Assembly (NCBI GenBank): GCA_964016885.1
Contig: OZ024740.1
Location: 384,710,001 to 384,774,000, forward strand
Origin: Eledone cirrhosa
Taxonomy: Eukaryota
Direction: 5' to 3'
DNA: 64,000 nucleotides
In this document: piece after piece, positions 40,300 to 55,003 of the stretch
Position numbering within the stretch: the stretch's first letter is position 1
Layout: every line of letters begins with the position of its first letter
Translations under genes and position numbers: made by a program
Notes under the pieces: generated by a model
The model's input: only the letters and a program-made list of their open reading frames with translations
The model's database searches: none
Told to the model about the DNA's origin: nothing

Positions 40300-40900
40300 G
40301 GGTGGTGAATTGGCAGTATCAGTAGAGGGTCGGATGCCATGCTTTCTAGCATAATTACGTCCTTTTACGGTCTGAGTTCAAGTTCCACCGAGGTTAACTT
40401 TGCTTTTCATCCTTACGGGGTCGATACAATAATGTACCAGTAATGTATTGTTAATTGCTGGCCTTGTGCCAAAAGTAGAAACAATTATTTAGGGCGGTGA
40501 ATTGGCAGTATCGGTAGAGGGTCGGACGCCATGAGTAACAGCCCTTGCCATTCTGAGTTCAAATCCCGCCGAGGTTAACTTTGCTTTTCATCCTTAAGGG
40601 GTCGATAAAATAAAGTACCAGTAATGCACTGGAATAATTGCTGGCCTTGTGCCAATAGTAGAAACAATTATTACTAATGATACTAGGGCGGTGGATTGGC
40701 AGAATCGGTAGAGAATCGGTCAACATGGTTTGCAATATAGAGTTACGGTCCTTTACTTTCTAAGTCGAGCTTTGCCTTTCATCCTATCGGGGTCGATAAA
40801 ATAAAGCACCAGTAATGCACTGGGTTCGTTTTAATCCACTTTACTTTCCTTTCCCCCTTAAAATTTGTTGGCCTTGTGCTTAAATTAGAAACTATTATTA
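40300..40900 (+). mobile_element. Three head-to-tail Nin/Deu-like SINEs
   Basis: Starts at 40300, 40492 and 40686; each contains CTTTCATCCT..GGGGTCGATA and ends near TAGAAAC.ATTATT. Confidence 0.88.
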
Positions 40901-41142
40901 CTAATGATATTCCTTATCACATGACCTGAATTTGTTCACTTCGTTAAATACGTTGACGTGCATTTAACTGTATGGATAGTTCGTGCTTACTCCTTGGATA
41001 TGTTAAACGTAAAGAAAAGAAACATAAGTACAAGGTATTCTATATATCTTCTTTCTCAGTATATTCATCTAATCTATCCTTCACATGTTTTAATCATATT
41101 CTATTTATAAAATTCTTATTCTTTAAACAGCTTGTTTAATTA

Positions 41143-41235
<93 letters not shown>

Positions 41236-41280
41236 TTACTACTGTACGTCTGTATACATATATGTATGTACGTATACATA

Positions 41281-41348
<68 letters not shown>

Positions 41349-41758
41349 AGTATGTATACGTACATACATATATGTATACAGACGTACACTAGTATGTATA
41401 TATATATATATACATACATGCACACATATAATAAATGCTCGGTAAATCCATACGTACATATATATATGTGCATGTATGTATATATATACTACTGTACGTC
41501 TATATACATATATGTATGTACGTATACATACTTATATTTAAGTAACAGCTGTACTAAGAGTGAGAAATGAAATTTCGTTTCATTTTTTCCGTTTATCGTG
41601 TTCGGTATGCCCAGCCGATTAACTCACTGGATATGCAAATTAGGCTGCTTAGACGTTAATATGCATAAGGAAAGTATATACTTTCAGACGTTCAATCATC
41701 TGGCTATTGTTTTAAAGTAGTGAATATGTCACTTCTTTTTTCAACAAACAAAATGAGA

Positions 41759-41806
41759 TAAGCTGACAGATCTCTGTTTCATACATTTGGTATTCCCCAG
41801 AGCTTA
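41759..41806 (-). ncRNA. Hammerhead-like motif (A6 to G)
   Basis: taagct-CTGGGGA-ataccaaatgtat-GAAA-cagagatctg-TC-agctta. Confidence 0.6.
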
Positions 41807-42010
41807 GCACTTCCTTTGCTTTTTGAAAATTATGAATGTTGGATTCTTATAGAATTCCATTAATAATCAGGAACTGGTTATACAGAGCGGTTGCCAATCC
41901 AGCAAAAATTGAAAATTAGAATTGTTGCTCTGAAATAGCAATGTTCCTGATTATTAATGGAATTCTATAAGAATCCAACATTTATAATTTTCGAAAAGCA
42001 AAGGGAGTGC

Positions 42011-42058
42011 TAAGCTCTGGGGAATACCAACAGTATGAAACAGAGATCTGTCAGCTTA
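42011..42058 (+). ncRNA. Hammerhead-like motif (C3-G8, A6 to G)
   Basis: taagct-CTGGGGA-ataccaacagtat-GAAA-cagagatctg-TC-agctta. Confidence 0.6.
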
Positions 42059-42187
42059 TCTCCCTTTGTTTGTTGAAAAAAGAAGTAACTGACATAGTCA
42101 CTACTTTAAAACAATAGCGTAAGGTCTTCAATATGCTTTTAATTAAGCATACAGTGTATTACGAAATACACTATATATAAACATTCA

Positions 42188-42302
<115 letters not shown>

Positions 42303-42303
42303 G

Positions 42304-42790
42304 AAACACAACATCTCAAATACTTTGGGGATTGAACGCAATACAATGATAATATATATTATTTTAACGCTTGATACTGTAGGAAGATTATCTTAACGTT
42401 TCGGGCGTTAGTCTTTCATTAGCACTTAGAATGAGCGGAAGAAGTAGGGATGTTTATGACAGAGCAGAAGAAAATATGATAGAGGACAGTAAGTGCTGAA
42501 AGTAAACGGGGTGAAATTATGACAGACGGAATACACGTTTGTCATTAGTCAGCCATCTTGAAAAATTCCATTTCAGAACGAGTGGCGTGTGATGGAGAAT
42601 TTGAAAAGAGGAGATATACATCAATCATGTAAGAATAACTATTTGTATATGTATGTGTGACTGCGTCTTTACAAAATGTTAAGATAGCAAAATCATGATC
42701 CGCGTGAAGCCGTAAGGTTGATTGCATGCCTAATGGCTCTGTAGTGTTGAGTTTGTGCGAGAGTGAGCATTCAAGCGCGAGATTACTAGC
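42304..42790 (-). mobile_element. Possible Neptune-like PLE 3' end terminating in (CA)n
   Basis: LECSLSHKLNTTEPLGMQ resembles the L.T..P.G.N end of the endonuclease; degenerate CTAATGA..GAAACGTTA at 42390-42422. Confidence 0.4.
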
Positions 42791-43274
42791 TTAAAAATGA
42801 ATATATATTACTGAACCTATTAATTTCATTTTTTATGCTAAACAATAAACAGCAACTTTGTCTCTCACAGGCTACAAAATGGCCTGTGTTTCATCACTTG
42901 ACCTGCTTGAAGTAACTGTGAAATCTAAACCTACTGGTTTTAAAAATACTCATTGGTGGTTTCCCGGAGTAAACTAAGAGACAATGAACACCAACATTAT
43001 CTCTTATTCTTCCGGGGAAAATACATTAGTTACTAGATACGTCCTAACATTTTTTGTATCAACTATATAACTATTATATAAAATAGCTAATTTTGTGCTC
43101 ATCGAAGAATTTAATATTACTACTACTGATTATTACAACGGGCACATGGCCCAAAATGTGTAAGATTCCCTATGGAATAGATCAACAAACTCACTAACCC
43201 ACTTAAACATATAAAGAGTTAATTTAATTAACCCAAACATTACAGTTATTCCATAAAGTGGCTGGATGAAAAGC

Positions 43275-43390
43275 AAGGGCATACGCATGAATGGTTAAGA
43301 AGTTCGTTTTGTAACTACGTGGTTTTACATTCTTTCCCACTACACTATACTTTAGGTAATTGTTTTCTGCCATAGCCTTGACTAAACCAT
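43275..43390 (+). mobile_element. Old CORE-like tRNA SINE fragment
   Basis: TGGTTAAGAAGTTCG..CCCACT..ACTTTAGG..CCATAGCC, similar to 22391-22490. Confidence 0.5.
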
Positions 43391-44304
43391 TGTTACTAGA
43401 ACTGGCTGTACCTACCTCTTTCACCGATTTATATCGGCGAATGATGTCCACATCATTGAGAAGACAGATAAATCGGCGCTTTCCATCATAGTGTAGTTCT
43501 CTATTTATTGTTCCGTCCTATCGTTTCATTCATGTCTTTGTAAAAGTAGTTATTTTCTTATTGGCCTGATGGAAACCTCTAACCAAAATGCGATTGAAGA
43601 AAATAATAACAGAATAACTCCAGTAACGTTTGAACTTAGGACGTAAAGACACAAATGTTGGGGTTCTAACACGTCTGGTGTGCACCGACACTTAACTCTT
43701 TGAGAAACAGACGAAAGAAATTTCTTTCGGAAAATAATTTCTTACATTCGAATTACAGCAATAAGTTTCTAAATGTATTATTTACATATTTATGCCTTTT
43801 TTAAATATTTTATTACATCTAAATTTCATGGCGTTTATCATTGTCAAAATATAATTTCAAATTAAAGAAAAAATGCAAGAATATAAAATTAAAATTAAAT
43901 TATAACCAAACAATTAAATTACAATCGGAAATAACTACTTTTAAATCATTGGCTTGTTTATTTGCTCGTTTTATATTTCATATACTATAAGGAAAAAAAT
44001 ACAGAAAATATTCTTATTAAATTTATTGCGAGAATATGCAATGATAATTGTTGTTAATAGCAATATTCCTCGTACATTCTGAAGATTGTGATTGCTACTT
44101 CCACTCTACATTTTCATACCTAATTCTCACAATGAAGTAATTACTGATAACGCAGGATTGATGACTAATTTCTAAGGAGCTGAAAAACTAAATGTAAAGC
44201 TGTGGTGTTTACGCCTTTCTTTAAGAACATTAGGACTAGTAGAATAATAAACGTTTGTTTTCTTTATGTATAGTCAGGAATATTTGTGTAATATAGATAT
44301 ATAT

Positions 44305-44475
<171 letters not shown>

Positions 44476-45277
44476 TTACATTAAACGATACACGTTTGTA
44501 GACAACAATTTACTCACTAGTAAATCATGACTAACCAGCTGATGGAAAACGTGACAAATATGTTAACCATTATTTCTCCTACTAAATATCAGACATATTA
44601 TATATGTTATGTCATATTTTGTATATTTCATATCACTAGGTTATGCCATATCGTTTTGTCACGTTGTGTTATATCATATTATAAAATATTAGATTATATT
44701 AAACTATATTATATTATTTGATAGACAGGCGATTTCTTAAGTTATTTTTATTGCAAAATTACACCAATGATCTTCAAAGTCAACAACCAAATTTTTCTAA
44801 ACATGTGTCATGCCAAATAAAACATATTACAGTATATCGTTAAGCATAAATTGCTATGTAATTAATTTATTTATTTATTCATTAATCAATTCATTGGTCG
44901 TAGCACATGATGAGTTAATTTTATTAGTTTGGTTGTCCACACTAGCAAGTTGAATTGTGCTTTCTGCATAATGGAAATATAGTTCCCAGCATGGTGTCTG
45001 GTTCAAGGATACAAGATCGTATCCTACAACCAGAGTGGTATCTTGTCTTAAAAGAGGATTAAATCCACTAAGTTTTTTTTTCAGTATGAGGTGTAATCAA
45101 GAGCTAAGAATATTGTGTCAAGTCCACAACACTTTAATTTCACCAACGCTGCAAATGTTCGACAATATTTTATCTCTTCAAGTGTGCATTTTCCAGAATA
45201 TGTAGAAAATCTATTTGCTTATTCAAGATAATAATAAAAACTGTGTGCATTGAATAATCCTGCTAACTAATTAATGT

Positions 45278-45785
45278 CTTCTTCTTCTTCTTCTTCTTCT
45301 TCTTCTTCTTCTTCTTCTTCTTCTTCTTCTTCTTCTTCTTCTTCTTCTTCTTCTTCTGCTTCCTATTCTTCTTCTTATTCTACTTCTTCTTCTTCTTCAC
45401 CACCCACAACCTCCTGAGAGTGTCGTGGGGTCAAGGTCCTCAAACACTTCTTCCAGCAGGTTCTATCAAAAGCCACCGCCTCCATCTGAACCAGCTGAAT
45501 CCCCAAGCGGGACAAACCAGCCAGCTGCTGTATTTCATCCAACCGTCTTACGCGGAGTCTACGCCTATGTCTCCTGCCGGTTGGTTTTGCCCGTGCAATT
45601 CTACCCTGAGATATTCTAACCCCATTCGGAGTGGTAATCTCTCAATTCGGAGAAGTAGCGGCTCTACCCGGTACGAGTCTCTGATCTCCGATCTTGACAC
45701 TCTATCGAGTAACGTTACCCCGAAGACCTTTCGGAGAAACCCCATTTCTGCCGCTTGTATTCGCAATCTTTCAATCATTATCTAA
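45278..45785 (-). mobile_element. RTE-1/Expander-like LINE 3' end with (GAA)n tail
   Basis: RIQAAEMGFLRKVFGVTLLDRVSRSEIR...VEPLLLRIER; (TTC)n at 45278-45400 on +. Confidence 0.85.
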
Positions 45786-45894
45786 TATAATGGTAAGGAT
45801 TGGCACGAATAGCTACTTTTTTTCTTCTGATTACCGAATGCTGAAGCTGGCGCACTACTACAATACTTCCTGCAATTCTTGAACTTAATTCGGT

Positions 45895-46000
45895 AGAGCT
45901 GTTTCTCGGCAGAGATGTTTCCTGGCAGAGATGTTTCCTGGCAGAACCTTTTCACGGCTGAGCTTTTTCTCGACAGACATGTTCTGCTAGAGAATGCGTC
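45895..46000. repeat. Short ~16-bp tandem repeat GGCAGAGATGTTTCCT (degenerate)
   Basis: Two exact copies and several degenerate ones. Confidence 0.65.
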
Positions 46001-49000
46001 GCAGGTGGCGGATAAAGTCACCAGACATGATGGTTAGTTGCGATATAAGTGGGCAGTTGCCGGACAAATAAGCAACTCTGGACCAGCAGCGGTAAATCAG
46101 TGGGAGAGAGGGAGCAATGGGTGACACCTGTAGCTCCTATGAAAATTCTCACCTATTCTACTGTCAAATAAATAAGACGTGAAAATACTCGTCCTTGATT
46201 TTGTCCTTCTTTATGTGTTTATGATGTTGACGAAGTATCGTTGCAAGGCAGTTATATGCCAGCTATTAAGTTGCAGGGAGTCTAGTAAATATTTTTGCAG
46301 TTCATGTTTTGAGTTATGTCCTCTATACACAACCTCATGATAACTATGTAACACTAGGTAAACTTGGGTCACTGAGAGTTGAGTACCTTGGTTACAGAAA
46401 CATTCATGTAAATGAAATTAGGATGGTGATCACACATGGCCTTTTATTAATTATATCAACCATGAGTATAGAAATTTGTTTTGGTCTAGCAAGCATTATG
46501 GAAAAATAGTTGACATATGATAAGTGTAAATGCAGAACAATTGGTCAGATTTTATAACATATGAAGGCTTAGTTTACTCAATTACTGTTCCACTGTCGAT
46601 ATAATAAATGTATGCAGACAGCTTATTTTTCAGCTTGGCAACCCAGAACCTCTTTTTAGTCCCTACCTAATTACTACAATTTTTTATTGTCCAGACATAA
46701 TTTCAGTTTTGTTTTAAGCCGTTCAGAATTACTACCAAAATATTTGATTACTAAGCTAATTAACGGAAGAGTTTTACATAACATTATACACAGTTACCCT
46801 AAAAAGCTTATTATTTACCAGCCACGCATATTAAAAGGATCGAGAGATATTGCTTCTTTACATAGTTTAAATCGTATAAAAAATAGATCTTTGTTCGAAT
46901 ATGATAAGTGGTCTATCAGAGGAACGTTTCATTCGAGAGAAATACATAATCAGTACATCAAGATAAACACATTCTCATTAGTGTCACAAAACTCAATACT
47001 GCAGTCGACATTCATTTTCACCCTTTTTATATCAATAAAATATTCTAGTAATAAAATAGTAGCGATAAATAGCCATCGATTCCTTATGGTGTTGTAGGGT
47101 CCCTGACGCGACATATGGTGTAGTGGACATGTAAAACCTGTAAGAGGCCATCTCTCTGCACGTGTCGCTACAGTAGGTTCCTCACAGAGAGAAGAACACA
47201 AGGACAGGGAAGAGAGAGTGGGATATAGAGAAAGTAAGATGAAAAAACAATCTACCCCAAATCTGGACTGACACGCTGTTTATCTGAATGTGGCAAGATT
47301 TGAACTTAAGATCGCATAGAGCTGGAATAAATAATACAAATCATTCTTTCCGACGTTCTAACGATTCAGCTAACTTGATACCTCAATTGACTATACGCCA
47401 TTCGCCGCAACCTTGAACTTCTGCCCTGTAAAAGAGAAATCATTTTCACCAACGTAGAGGTTTTGTATTCTAATCCATAATGTGACCTTTATTCATCTTA
47501 GATCAATAAATATAAATTAATACGGTGTTGGACAGTAGTTTCTTTCTATTACACCCACTGGCTTGCAGATGTTATTGGCCTTGCACCAATTCTATGGAAA
47601 TCGGTTCGCAACAAATAATGTCAAGTAGTGTAATTTACTTAACTACTGGGTAGGAATCTTAAAAGATTTGCTCGAAGCTATTTGTTGATAAAAGAGCTTA
47701 GTGATTGCTAAAATGATTATCCATTAAATTCCTTCTTCAGAAGGCCTTAAAAATAAGCAGCTCGTATTGTTACTGCCAAACAAAATAGCGAAAGACTGGC
47801 AATCCACGGAAAACGGTTGCTAGCGCAAATATGGATACAGCAACAGTAGCAGCAAATGAGAATGATGTATGGATGACAGGAGGAGGTTCTTAAATAGTTG
47901 GAGAAAGTAGTTGAAGACAACGACGACAAAAGAAGAGAAGAAAAGAATAAAGAAATTGAGGGAGAAATAAATGAAAATAACGAGAGAAAAAAGAACGGAT
48001 AAAGACATCGTAAATTGAATGGAAGAATAAATATGAAGAAATAAATATAGGGAAACGAATCGAGGGAGAAAGCAAAGGAAAAATTCCGTAAGAAAGGGAG
48101 ATAATAGAAGATGAGGTGAAAAAATATCAAGAAAAAAAGAGAAAAATGAAAGAATGATTCCTTACATGGTTACAAGTAAGTGGGGAACAGTTAATTTTCT
48201 TTCTTTCAATTTAGTCAGGGAGACAAAGACAGTGCATAACACTTTTCAGGAGCTTTTAGACTAGAGTAGAGACTTGACCAGAATACTTGCACCGGCTAAG
48301 TGGTGGTATTAAACTAGGTCACTAATTGAATCTACGAAGTAGGCCACAGCAGGATTTGAACTTGGAACATGAAAATTTGAAAACAATGGCTGCATATGCG
48401 GAATATATATTTATGTTTCATCTCTCCACCAGGAAAAGAATGGCAGCGTATTTCACCTTTCATATCTAGACGGCTTCCCAAAATTGTTAAAAGAAGGGTG
48501 GAAATCATCTTCAAAACAGAATACTTAGTCCGAATGTTTGCAACAGATTGTTTGAAAAGACCAGATGATGATGTTAAACTTGGTGACAGATTAAGACTAT
48601 CATGCTCAGAAAGCCAAAGGTTGGAGAAAACGCCAAAACGCGTCTTGTCGTTCACTGTAACAATTCAACTAATCAACAGCACAGACCTAGTTCTTCTTTC
48701 TTATAAACATCGAAATGGTTAAACGAAATGAAGCTTGGCAGAATTTGAGCTCAAGTGGTAAGAGAAGGATCTTTTGATCAGTTTCAAAGGATGGATATTT
48801 CAGGCGAATAGTGCTAAAGACTAACGTCGCGACGGTCATGCCTTTCTTATTTATTAAAAACTACAAGCCCTGCTTTACCAACGCAAATAGCGTTCAAAAA
48901 ACATTTATTTTCATTTTCATAATTATAGTGTTATAGGTAAAAAGAATGGGCATAAAGTTAGACAGGTGTACAAAACAATAAAAGATGAAAGATTACAACA

Positions 49001-50359
49001 GAATATATTTTAGATGAGAACAAACAACATTGGAAAAAGGAAAGAGAGGACGAAATTTCAAAATAGAATGAAATAAGAATACAAGGAAAATAAGACTGAC
49101 ATTTAATCTGGCTTTTATAAATTACAATGTTAATCCCCATTGTAAACTTTATTTGATTATTGAACAAACAGTTCATTGGACAATACAATCCTAAATATAC
49201 ACTGTCTGACAAAAAGAGGGATTATTTAGGATTGGACTGTCTTTGATCATAGATCGGTTTGGTTTGATCAAACCTAGGGCTAAACTGTAATGGATTCTTT
49301 GGACTGGATTCAAGACTATATTTCAGAATAAGAAGCAGATAAGGGACTACAAGCTTCATTCCTTTGCTAGAGGAAGTAATGGAATTATACAAGGATGTGT
49401 GTCGCCTGATAAGGGAAACGGTAAATATAATGTTAAAACGATATTATCTCCTCTTCATAAATTAATTATTTGAGTGACGTTAGGCGTTAGAGACACAACT
49501 AAAACCAGAAATTGTGTCCAGGGTTTGAGTGGGCAAGAGTATATCTCCTTAGAGGCGTTAGCTATATTAAGCTACTCTGTCAGAGTCTTGTTTCGGATTC
49601 TAAACATCGATGTGATTCTCTATAGATCTTCAGCATCGATATAAAATGGTTAATACGCATATTAAATGTAAAATATTCATAATAAATTAAAATGATAATA
49701 CCGTTTGAAATAGATGAACAATATCTATATTAGAAACAGTATATAAAGTATATAATCGACTTCATTATATTAAAGATTTTTAACATCTGCATATATAAGC
49801 GACACTAGAATTTGAACCCCGAACCCGGAGAAAGCAAATCTTAAATAATGTAAAGCGATGACACCAATTACCTCCAGCATTTGATAGAGTCTCTACGCTA
49901 ATAGCCTCCAATAATTAAATGAAGTTATTACAACAGAAAAATAATTTACATTATTAATATAATTTAAACGGTAATAATGATTCCACATATATTGCATTGT
50001 TTCATGGTCTGCTATTTAATAGATTGAATAACAATCTAATTCTGATACCCTCAGGTAGACTTACACTGCTATTATTCAACGTTAGTATAAAGTCAATATC
50101 TTGAATTAACAATTCCAGAGGCCAGTAGCTTCTATTGTGTCAGAACCAATTAATTGTATTAGGAGGTAAGGCGAAACCAAATATCATCTAAACTACAACC
50201 TACTCTCGTAAAAGAAATGAACACATCGAATAATTTAATCTGGAAAAAAGATAAGTGATCATGGCTCGAACGCCTTTGATCACAGATTCACTCCTTTAGT
50301 GCCGGTCTAGAGGCAAAGTAATGTATTAAGGTACATGGACAACCATTTCTGGGAGGGAA

Positions 50360-50510
50360 GACCGTCGATTGAATCGAACCTAGTACGTGACTGGTACGTT
50401 ATTTTATCGACTACTAAATGATGAAAGACAAAGGTGACATCAGCTAGGTTTGAACTTCGAACCCAATGAATTATAGCTAAATGAAGTAAAGCATTCCATC
50501 CACAACCCTC
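50360..50510 (-). mobile_element. Old diverged Nin/Deu-like SINE
   Basis: CTGGTACGTTATTTTATCGAC..ATGAAAGACAAAG..TTTGAAC. Confidence 0.55.
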
Positions 50511-51943
50511 TAAAAGCTAAACAATAACAACAATAATAATAATTGAAACTTCATTCGCAACAGTACTGTTCATTTTAACTCTAAGGAGCCAATTAACAAA
50601 ACAAAGGACTCAGTACTATAAATTTGAACTGTCAATAATTAGTTTGGAAAGCTGAGTTCGTGTTTTACTGTGGAGTATAAAAGGAAATGGAAGCCCTATC
50701 TCTTTTATTTATTACCTGAATTGCATGATAAAAACAAAACGTTGCTTTATTAAAAACAAAACGTTGCTTTATTAAAGTCTCTAGCGTGTCAGTAATAACC
50801 ACGAGCCAGTAGGGTGATTTCTACTAAGTCTTTCTATTGGTATCTGCCTAGTTCCTTTGCAAAGAATAGAATGTGTGATGTGGTGACAACTATAGAGCTG
50901 AATCTTTGAATCCGGTTTCGATTCACATTGAAATTCAATTCCTTTCAATTTCGTAGCTTATGCGATTGGGAGGCATTTAAATCACATTTTCTGTACAGTT
51001 CCTTAACAAAGTATAAATTAATCTTCATTTTAAACGAACAAATATACAATTAACTGCATAGCCAGCAATATTTATGCAAATCGAACAATCCTATTCATTA
51101 AAGTATTGAAATTAGGTCGCAATAAAATGATTATAAGTTACACAAAGGTGTATGTCTTGTCTCTGAAATAATCCAAACTGGTCGAAAGTAGTTCAGGGCA
51201 GTCACACTTATTTAACTGTTTAGGTGTATTCTCTTTTATATCAAAGTGATGGCTATGGGCACAGCATGATCGTATGGTAAACAAATTCGATCCCATTGTT
51301 TGCATCTTGGGCAAAATTCATGGTTGACTATTCCGAAAATTGCCAGATGGTTTTTACCTGTAATTCCAGGAGTCGAAAATGTTACAGACTGTGTTAATTT
51401 GAATCTCCCTGACAGTTATGTTAAATACACACGTGTTTGTAAACGTGTTCAATTACTTGCACGTGAATCTCATGAGCCAGCTGTTCAATTAACGAACACT
51501 CATCTTCTAGAAAGATGAAGGTCCATTTATATTTAATGACAGTAATGACTAAAAGATTGTACTGCTTACGAAGATAAATCTTAATGTACATTCCAGAATA
51601 TATCTAAGAATTAATACGTATTCTCAGAAAGACCTTACATTGGCCGTATAGAAAGGTACTGAAGATGAAATGTTTAAACAGATGAGCAATTGATATCGTT
51701 TCTTTTCGATATTTAATCCTAGAAATAGTTGGAAACAAATTTTAGATATGGCTTTATCTAGTTTTGATTTGCTGTTTTGTTATTTTTCTTGTTTTATTTG
51801 GTTTCGTAATATTGATATTTTTTTCGAATCCAGAATTAACGAGTCAACTGGATGCATTTACTCTTTAGTAACCTAAACATGATTAGTTTCACGTGGAAAG
51901 TATAGAGCCCCCAACACACACACACACACGCACACACACACGC

Positions 51944-52027
<84 letters not shown>

Positions 52028-52994
52028 GAAAGCAAGTATATGTGTATAAAAAGAAGAAAAAGATCTGCTGATATTTTCAAGAGACCAATTTCTTTCTTCG
52101 TTTCTTTTTTTTTTCTTCTTTTACTTTTTCTTCTTTCTGATTTAGAAAAAATCATTATGACAGTCAGCCCATTGGTGGCCACATTAACGGTTGCTAGGCA
52201 AAGAACAACTTACCATGCTATGAAAGATTTTTGTTATTTTTTTGTTGTTCTTTTTTTGCTCAATCTATTTTTTGTATATTGCTGATTATGATTTCCATAC
52301 ATTTTTGAGATGACAGAAAAGGAAACGATAGAACAATAATTGGTGAAGTCGTTGTAGTCTCCCAATTTTCATACGAGTAGGAGACTGGCCTTCACAATGA
52401 TATGGGATAAGTAGATTCGGTCAAGTTTAACAGCGCAGTTTTCAATGATAGATTATATTGTTGACTATGTATATTTGAGTGCGTTGCTCGGTTAGTTTGT
52501 CATTAATTTAACAGTCTGTTGGCATCCTATAAATTGAAGGCCAACTTCTATAAAACATGGAGTATTCGAGTGAGCAAGATAAATCACAAAAGTGGAATGC
52601 TACTTTCAGTCATTTAGTACATATTATTAGCTTAATATGTCTGTACACATATATATATATATATATACGTATGAATGTATGTGCATGTGCGTACATATGG
52701 GCGCCAGTACTGGTGTGTGCGTGCGTGTAGTTCTATGTGGGCGCTTGATGTATGTGTGTTTGTATGTGCCATGAAGTATTTAACGTCCGTCCTACAATCC
52801 CTCATTTCTCAACAAAAGGATAAGTATCTCATCAGATATAAATGAATAGATATGTAAAGAGAAAGAAGTGACTTATAATGATTAACATGCACAGACATTC
52901 ACACAAACACACTCACATATATAAACACATATGCACACACTTATATATATATAGATTCCTACACAGATATATGTGTAGGAGTCTATGCGTACAT

Positions 52995-52995
52995 T

Positions 52996-53089
<94 letters not shown>

Positions 53090-53450
53090 CGTGTGTGTCT
53101 GTGTGTGATGTGTGTCATGTGTGTGAATGTATTCATGACTGTATGGATGGATGTATATTATCAAATTCAACCTAAACTAATACATAATACCGACATTATT
53201 AATATATGTATGCGATATACTTGTGTTTGGACATGTGAACACATATGCGTAACAATATCTCTATGGGTGTATACGTGTGCCTGCGTGTGAGTGTTTGTGT
53301 GCATGTATTGTGTGCGTGCGCTTGCGTGTATGTGCGTGTGTGAATGTGTGTGTTGGTATGTTTGTATGCGAGAGAGTGTATGTGTTTGTTTGCGTGTATG
53401 TTTGTGTGTATATGTGTGTACGTATGTGTCTGTGTATCTTTGTTTGTTTA
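52995..53450. repeat. (TG)n and degenerate TG-rich tract
   Basis: Direct inspection. Confidence 0.9.
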
Positions 53451-53697
53451 TGCGTGATTTCTGGATGATAAACTCGAATACAGAATTACTGAATAAGGCT
53501 TAGGCTTCCGATAGAGATCTAAAAATCCGTACCGCAGCTCATAAAAACCGATTAATACGTAGTCCCTTTAAAAGATTAGTAAAAGTCTTCTTTGTCTAAG
53601 TCAATCGCCTTTTCATATATATATATATATACGTATATCTTTATATTTGCATATAAAGATACATATATATATATATGTACATATATATATGTACATA

Positions 53698-53783
<86 letters not shown>

Positions 53784-53790
53784 CGTGTGT

Positions 53791-53822
<32 letters not shown>

Positions 53823-54184
53823 ACATATGTGTGTATACATCTTAGTCATTGTCAACCTTAGTATCACATTGACGGTAACAATGTCTTTTCTGATATATCT
53901 AATAATTAATCCATGAAGTTTCAATTGATTTCTCTAAAATGACCATGTCTCGGTACCTTGCAAACGACCGAATAAATCGACAGCTCTGTCGATTTTACGC
54001 TTGGCTCTGGTTTAAATATGATAACTGCTCTATACGCGAATATACAACCAGCCAAATACCATTCTTTTCTAGAAGACCAGAAGTCGCGCATGAATATCAG
54101 TCTTCAGTCTCCATGCCACCGATATTGTCGAAAGAAAATTCAAATGCCGATAAAGCTTGGCACCAGTGTTGACGGCATAATGAG

Positions 54185-54326
54185 TTTTTCCCCGCTTGGA
54201 GAACTGAGGCAATGTGAATTACAGTATCTTGCTGAAGAACACAATACGCAATGCGGCCTGAGAATCGAACACACACCCTCATGATTATCAACACCCAACT
54301 CTCCAACAACTTAGCCATGCGCCTTC
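54185..54326 (-). mobile_element. tRNA-derived SINE head (family of 36054)
   Basis: GAAGGCGCATGGCTAAGT..GTTCGATTCTC..GTGTTCTTCAGCAAGATAC. Confidence 0.65.
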
Positions 54327-54618
54327 ATTAAATACATAAATGTTTACTATGTAAATCAACATTGGAATGTCGAATAAGTTGAAATGCATTATAAATGTAT
54401 AATATCTCGGAATATCTGTGAACACAGTTAAGTGTTTTAAATAGTAGTAGAATATTCCTTTAAACGGAATAGGTAACCAACAGCCGTTACACAAAATCAA
54501 ACTCTGTACCACGCAAAACTATTAATTATAGCAATCAACTGTGTGCACAGTTATTCCTAGCGTTCTATATTTTTTACACACACACACACACACACAAACA
54601 AACACACATATATATATA

Positions 54619-54683
<65 letters not shown>

Positions 54684-54865
54684 TAAATCTACCAAAATGT
54701 ACGGTAGTGTCCAATCCGTATGAAGAACTCAATGTAATCCGAATATCATGAAAAGAGAAGATGTATTCAAAAATTTTTTTCGATGAAAAATACAGGAAAA
54801 CAGAGTCAAGATAAATTAATAAAAATAATGAATAAACAAAGAAACAGTTTCTTATATTAAAAAAT

Positions 54866-55003
54866 TCATCATTTTACGATCGTTTCTAGGATATATATGT
54901 TAGTGTTGGTATGCATATCATATAGATCTATGTAAATTTTTTACAAACTATCAGAAGGAATATACATACCTACACATATATATGCTGTCTTCAGAAATAA
55001 TGA
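54866..55003 (-). ncRNA. Hammerhead ribozyme with ~100-nt stem II extension
   Basis: tcattattt-CTGAAGA-cagcatatatatgt...acatatatatccta-GAAA-cgatcg-TA-aaatgatga. Confidence 0.8.

Noticed and set aside
49403-49430. CTGATAAGGGAAACGGTA hammerhead-like string
   Set aside because: C3-A8 mismatch with no stem I or stem II
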